From NCBI GenBank assembly GCA_033762115.1, contig JANRLX010000078.1:1-16771 (forward strand): a stretch of DNA of 16,771 nt, written 5' to 3'. The DNA comes from Verrucomicrobiota bacterium. GTDB lineage: Bacteria > Verrucomicrobiota > Verrucomicrobiia > Limisphaerales > SXQI01. Below are positions 14,896 to 16,771 of this stretch, piece by piece. The notes beneath the pieces are model-generated. The model was not told the DNA's origin. It saw nothing but the letters and a program-made list of their open reading frames with translations, and did no database searches. The translations under genes and the position numbers were made by a program. How positions within the stretch are numbered: the first letter of the stretch is position 1; each line of letters opens with the position of its first letter.

Positions 14896-16771
14896 ATGAA
14901 GAATTCTGCTACCCTTCTCCTGCTTTCGATTGGCTTGAGCGTTCAACTCCATGCTCAGGCAACAAGAACCGCCACCGCTTCCGCGCAGTCACGAGCCGTC
15001 TATATCTCCAACGTTTCCGCTTTCGTATTCCCGCTCGGTGAATTTTTTACTTTTTTCACCAGCTTCGATGGCACTGCTAATCTTCCTGCAGAAAACACGC
15101 ATGAACTTCGTCCCCGCCCCGGTGTGGCTGGTGTTTACGAAACCGATTATCGCACTTATAGCGATCCCAATGGAGCCAATCTTCAGGAGTACGGCAATAT
15201 CCGGATCAATTTGCCCACGACTGATAGTGATGCGAATGGCCTGCCGGATTGGATGCAAGGCAATCTTGGCATCGATACCGGTATCACCGGTACCATCATT
15301 GCCGATGCCACCGGGGACAACACTCACGTCAATCCGGAGTCACTCACCGGCAATTTTCAACGTTCCGCCGGTTCAGCAAGTGGAACCTTCGTTTTCACCT
15401 TTAATTTCGCCGGATCTCTCATGTCTTATCAAGGTAACTGGGGCCTGCCTAATTTTTCCGGCTCCATCAGCTATACCCGATCACCCAACCAAATGGTCCT
15501 GACTTACAATTTCGTCGATCCGGTTGGTTCTGCCTATGAGGTTAAAAGCACCAACCAGTTTACTGTTCTGAATGCCAACCAGATCCAATTGCCCCAACAT
15601 TTGCTTGTCGGACCGAATAATATTTTTCATGTGGTCAACTCGACTGTATTGACCCGGTTTGGAAATCGATACGTCGGTAACATCCAGTTTCAAACCAATT
15701 CCTTCTCCACTGCGGCCCCTGACTTCATCACCTGGTACATTGAAATTGTGGATGCTGTGAATGACACCGATGGCGATAGCATTCCCGATTTATCCGACTC
15801 TTTCGGCCTGGCTCCTTCCATTATTACTCCTCCAGCCACCCAATCCGTCAATGAAGGCACTGAGGTGAACCTGACTGTGGAAGTGTCCGCTGATCCAGCG
15901 CCCACTTATCAATGGTTCCTCGGTGATAACCCGCTCTTTGGCAAAACAAACGCAACATTATCATTCCCAAGCATCGCAAAATCCGACGCCGGGGTTTATA
16001 AAGTTTTCATCCAAAACTCTGCGGGATCAATCACTAGCGATCCGGCGGTGATTACAGTCAATAGCAAGCCAACCATTGCCATCACCTCTCCAGTCAATAA
16101 TCAGGTCCTGGCTGCCAACGTCTTTCAAACCATTACTGTCACCACTGCGGACCCGGAGAATTCGATTGCCCGCGTCGAATATATCCTCGATGACATCAAC
16201 ATCGCGACAAACACGGTACCTCCCTACTCTTTGACACGCGTCTTCACCGCAGGGGCGCATCTGCTTCAAGCCAGGATCGTGGATACTTTCGGGGCCACGA
16301 ACATTTCAGCCACGGTCGCTTTTACCGCACGGGCCAACAACGCTCCCAGTATCACGATCACACAGCCCACCCAGAATCAAATCATCAGCGCATCTCAACC
16401 ATTCACTGCTACAGTCAATGCCTCCGATGCCAACAATGATCTTTCACATGTGATTTTTCTCCTGGACGGAACGCCCGTTCGCACCAACAACCTCGCACCC
16501 TATAGCCTGGAAAATTTCCTGTTCCCCGCCGGGAATCATATTCTATCCGCACGCGCTGTTGACACCTTGGGGGCTGAATCAGCAATCGCTTCCGTCGGTT
16601 TCTTCGGGCAGGTCAACGCGAACCCCACCATCTCCATCACCAGTCCGACCTCCAATCAGAAAGTAAAAGCGGAAGTCCCATTCCAGATCACCGTAAATCA
16701 GGCCGACAGTGACGGTTCCGTGGTGCGCGTTGAATATTTCCTGAACGGCTCGGCATTGGCCACCAGCACCG
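14896..16771 (+). CDS. Secreted Ig-domain/bacterial Ig-like repeat surface protein, 3'-truncated (absent from the ORF track)
   Basis: Own translation: ATG 14896 MKNSATLLLLSIGLSVQLHA-Q (signal peptide), open to the window end (625 codons). It carries DSDANGLPD and DTDGDSIPD motifs, an I-set-like Ig domain (PSIITPPATQSVNEG...YQW...DAGVYKV.IQNSAGSITS, about 15811-16062) and three Big_7-like repeats (P.I.IT.P..NQ...V.Y/F.L) starting near 16060, 16336 and 16615. Confidence 0.92.
   Translation, partial: MKNSATLLLLSIGLSVQLHAQATRTATASAQSRAVYISNVSAFVFPLGEFFTFFTSFDGTANLPAENTHELRPRPGVAGVYETDYRTYSDPNGANLQEYGNIRINLPTTDSDANGLPDWMQGNLGIDTGITGTIIADATGDNTHVNPESLTGNFQRSAGSASGTFVFTFNFAGSLMSYQGNWGLPNFSGSISYTRSPNQMVLTYNFVDPVGSAYEVKSTNQFTVLNANQIQLPQHLLVGPNNIFHVVNSTVLTRFGNRYVGNIQFQTNSFSTAAPDFITWYIEIVDAVNDTDGDSIPDLSDSFGLAPSIITPPATQSVNEGTEVNLTVEVSADPAPTYQWFLGDNPLFGKTNATLSFPSIAKSDAGVYKVFIQNSAGSITSDPAVITVNSKPTIAITSPVNNQVLAANVFQTITVTTADPENSIARVEYILDDINIATNTVPPYSLTRVFTAGAHLLQARIVDTFGATNISATVAFTARANNAPSITITQPTQNQIISASQPFTATVNASDANNDLSHVIFLLDGTPVRTNNLAPYSLENFLFPAGNHILSARAVDTLGAESAIASVGFFGQVNANPTISITSPTSNQKVKAEVPFQITVNQADSDGSVVRVEYFLNGSALATST

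Noticed and set aside
14951..15502. 183-aa + strand ORF from the track
   Set aside because: It is an out-of-frame shadow of the real gene starting at 14896, which has a signal peptide and Ig domains.
1..16771. CRISPR arrays, tRNA/rRNA, transposases, integrases, defence systems
   Set aside because: No regularly spaced nucleotide repeats, RNA gene signatures or mobile-element proteins were seen, and intergenic space is small.

Overview
A gene-dense bacterial window of roughly 50% GC (estimated by eye). The style of the exported proteins suggests Verrucomicrobiota (Pedosphaera/Limisphaera-like), which is an inference. The left part holds housekeeping and envelope genes: the 3' end of an NAD-dependent epimerase/dehydratase, a secreted SGNH-type hydrolase, a small membrane protein, miaB, an unknown membrane protein and a GT9 heptosyltransferase-like gene. 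The middle (minus strand) is a tightly coupled three-gene operon encoding a SIS-domain sugar isomerase, a stand-alone core MetE-like Zn/thiol enzyme and an UlaG-like metallo-beta-lactamase-fold hydrolase; this is the best candidate for an undescribed pathway. A hairpin-rich divergent intergenic region of about 370 nt follows. The right part has three tandem exported proteins: a non-canonical S8 peptidase, a 1705-aa multidomain KP-43-like S8 peptidase, and an Ig-repeat protein that the ORF track missed and that runs off the window. Both peptidases end in a similar C-terminal domain of about 70 aa that may be a sorting signal. No rRNA, tRNA, CRISPR array or transposase was seen.
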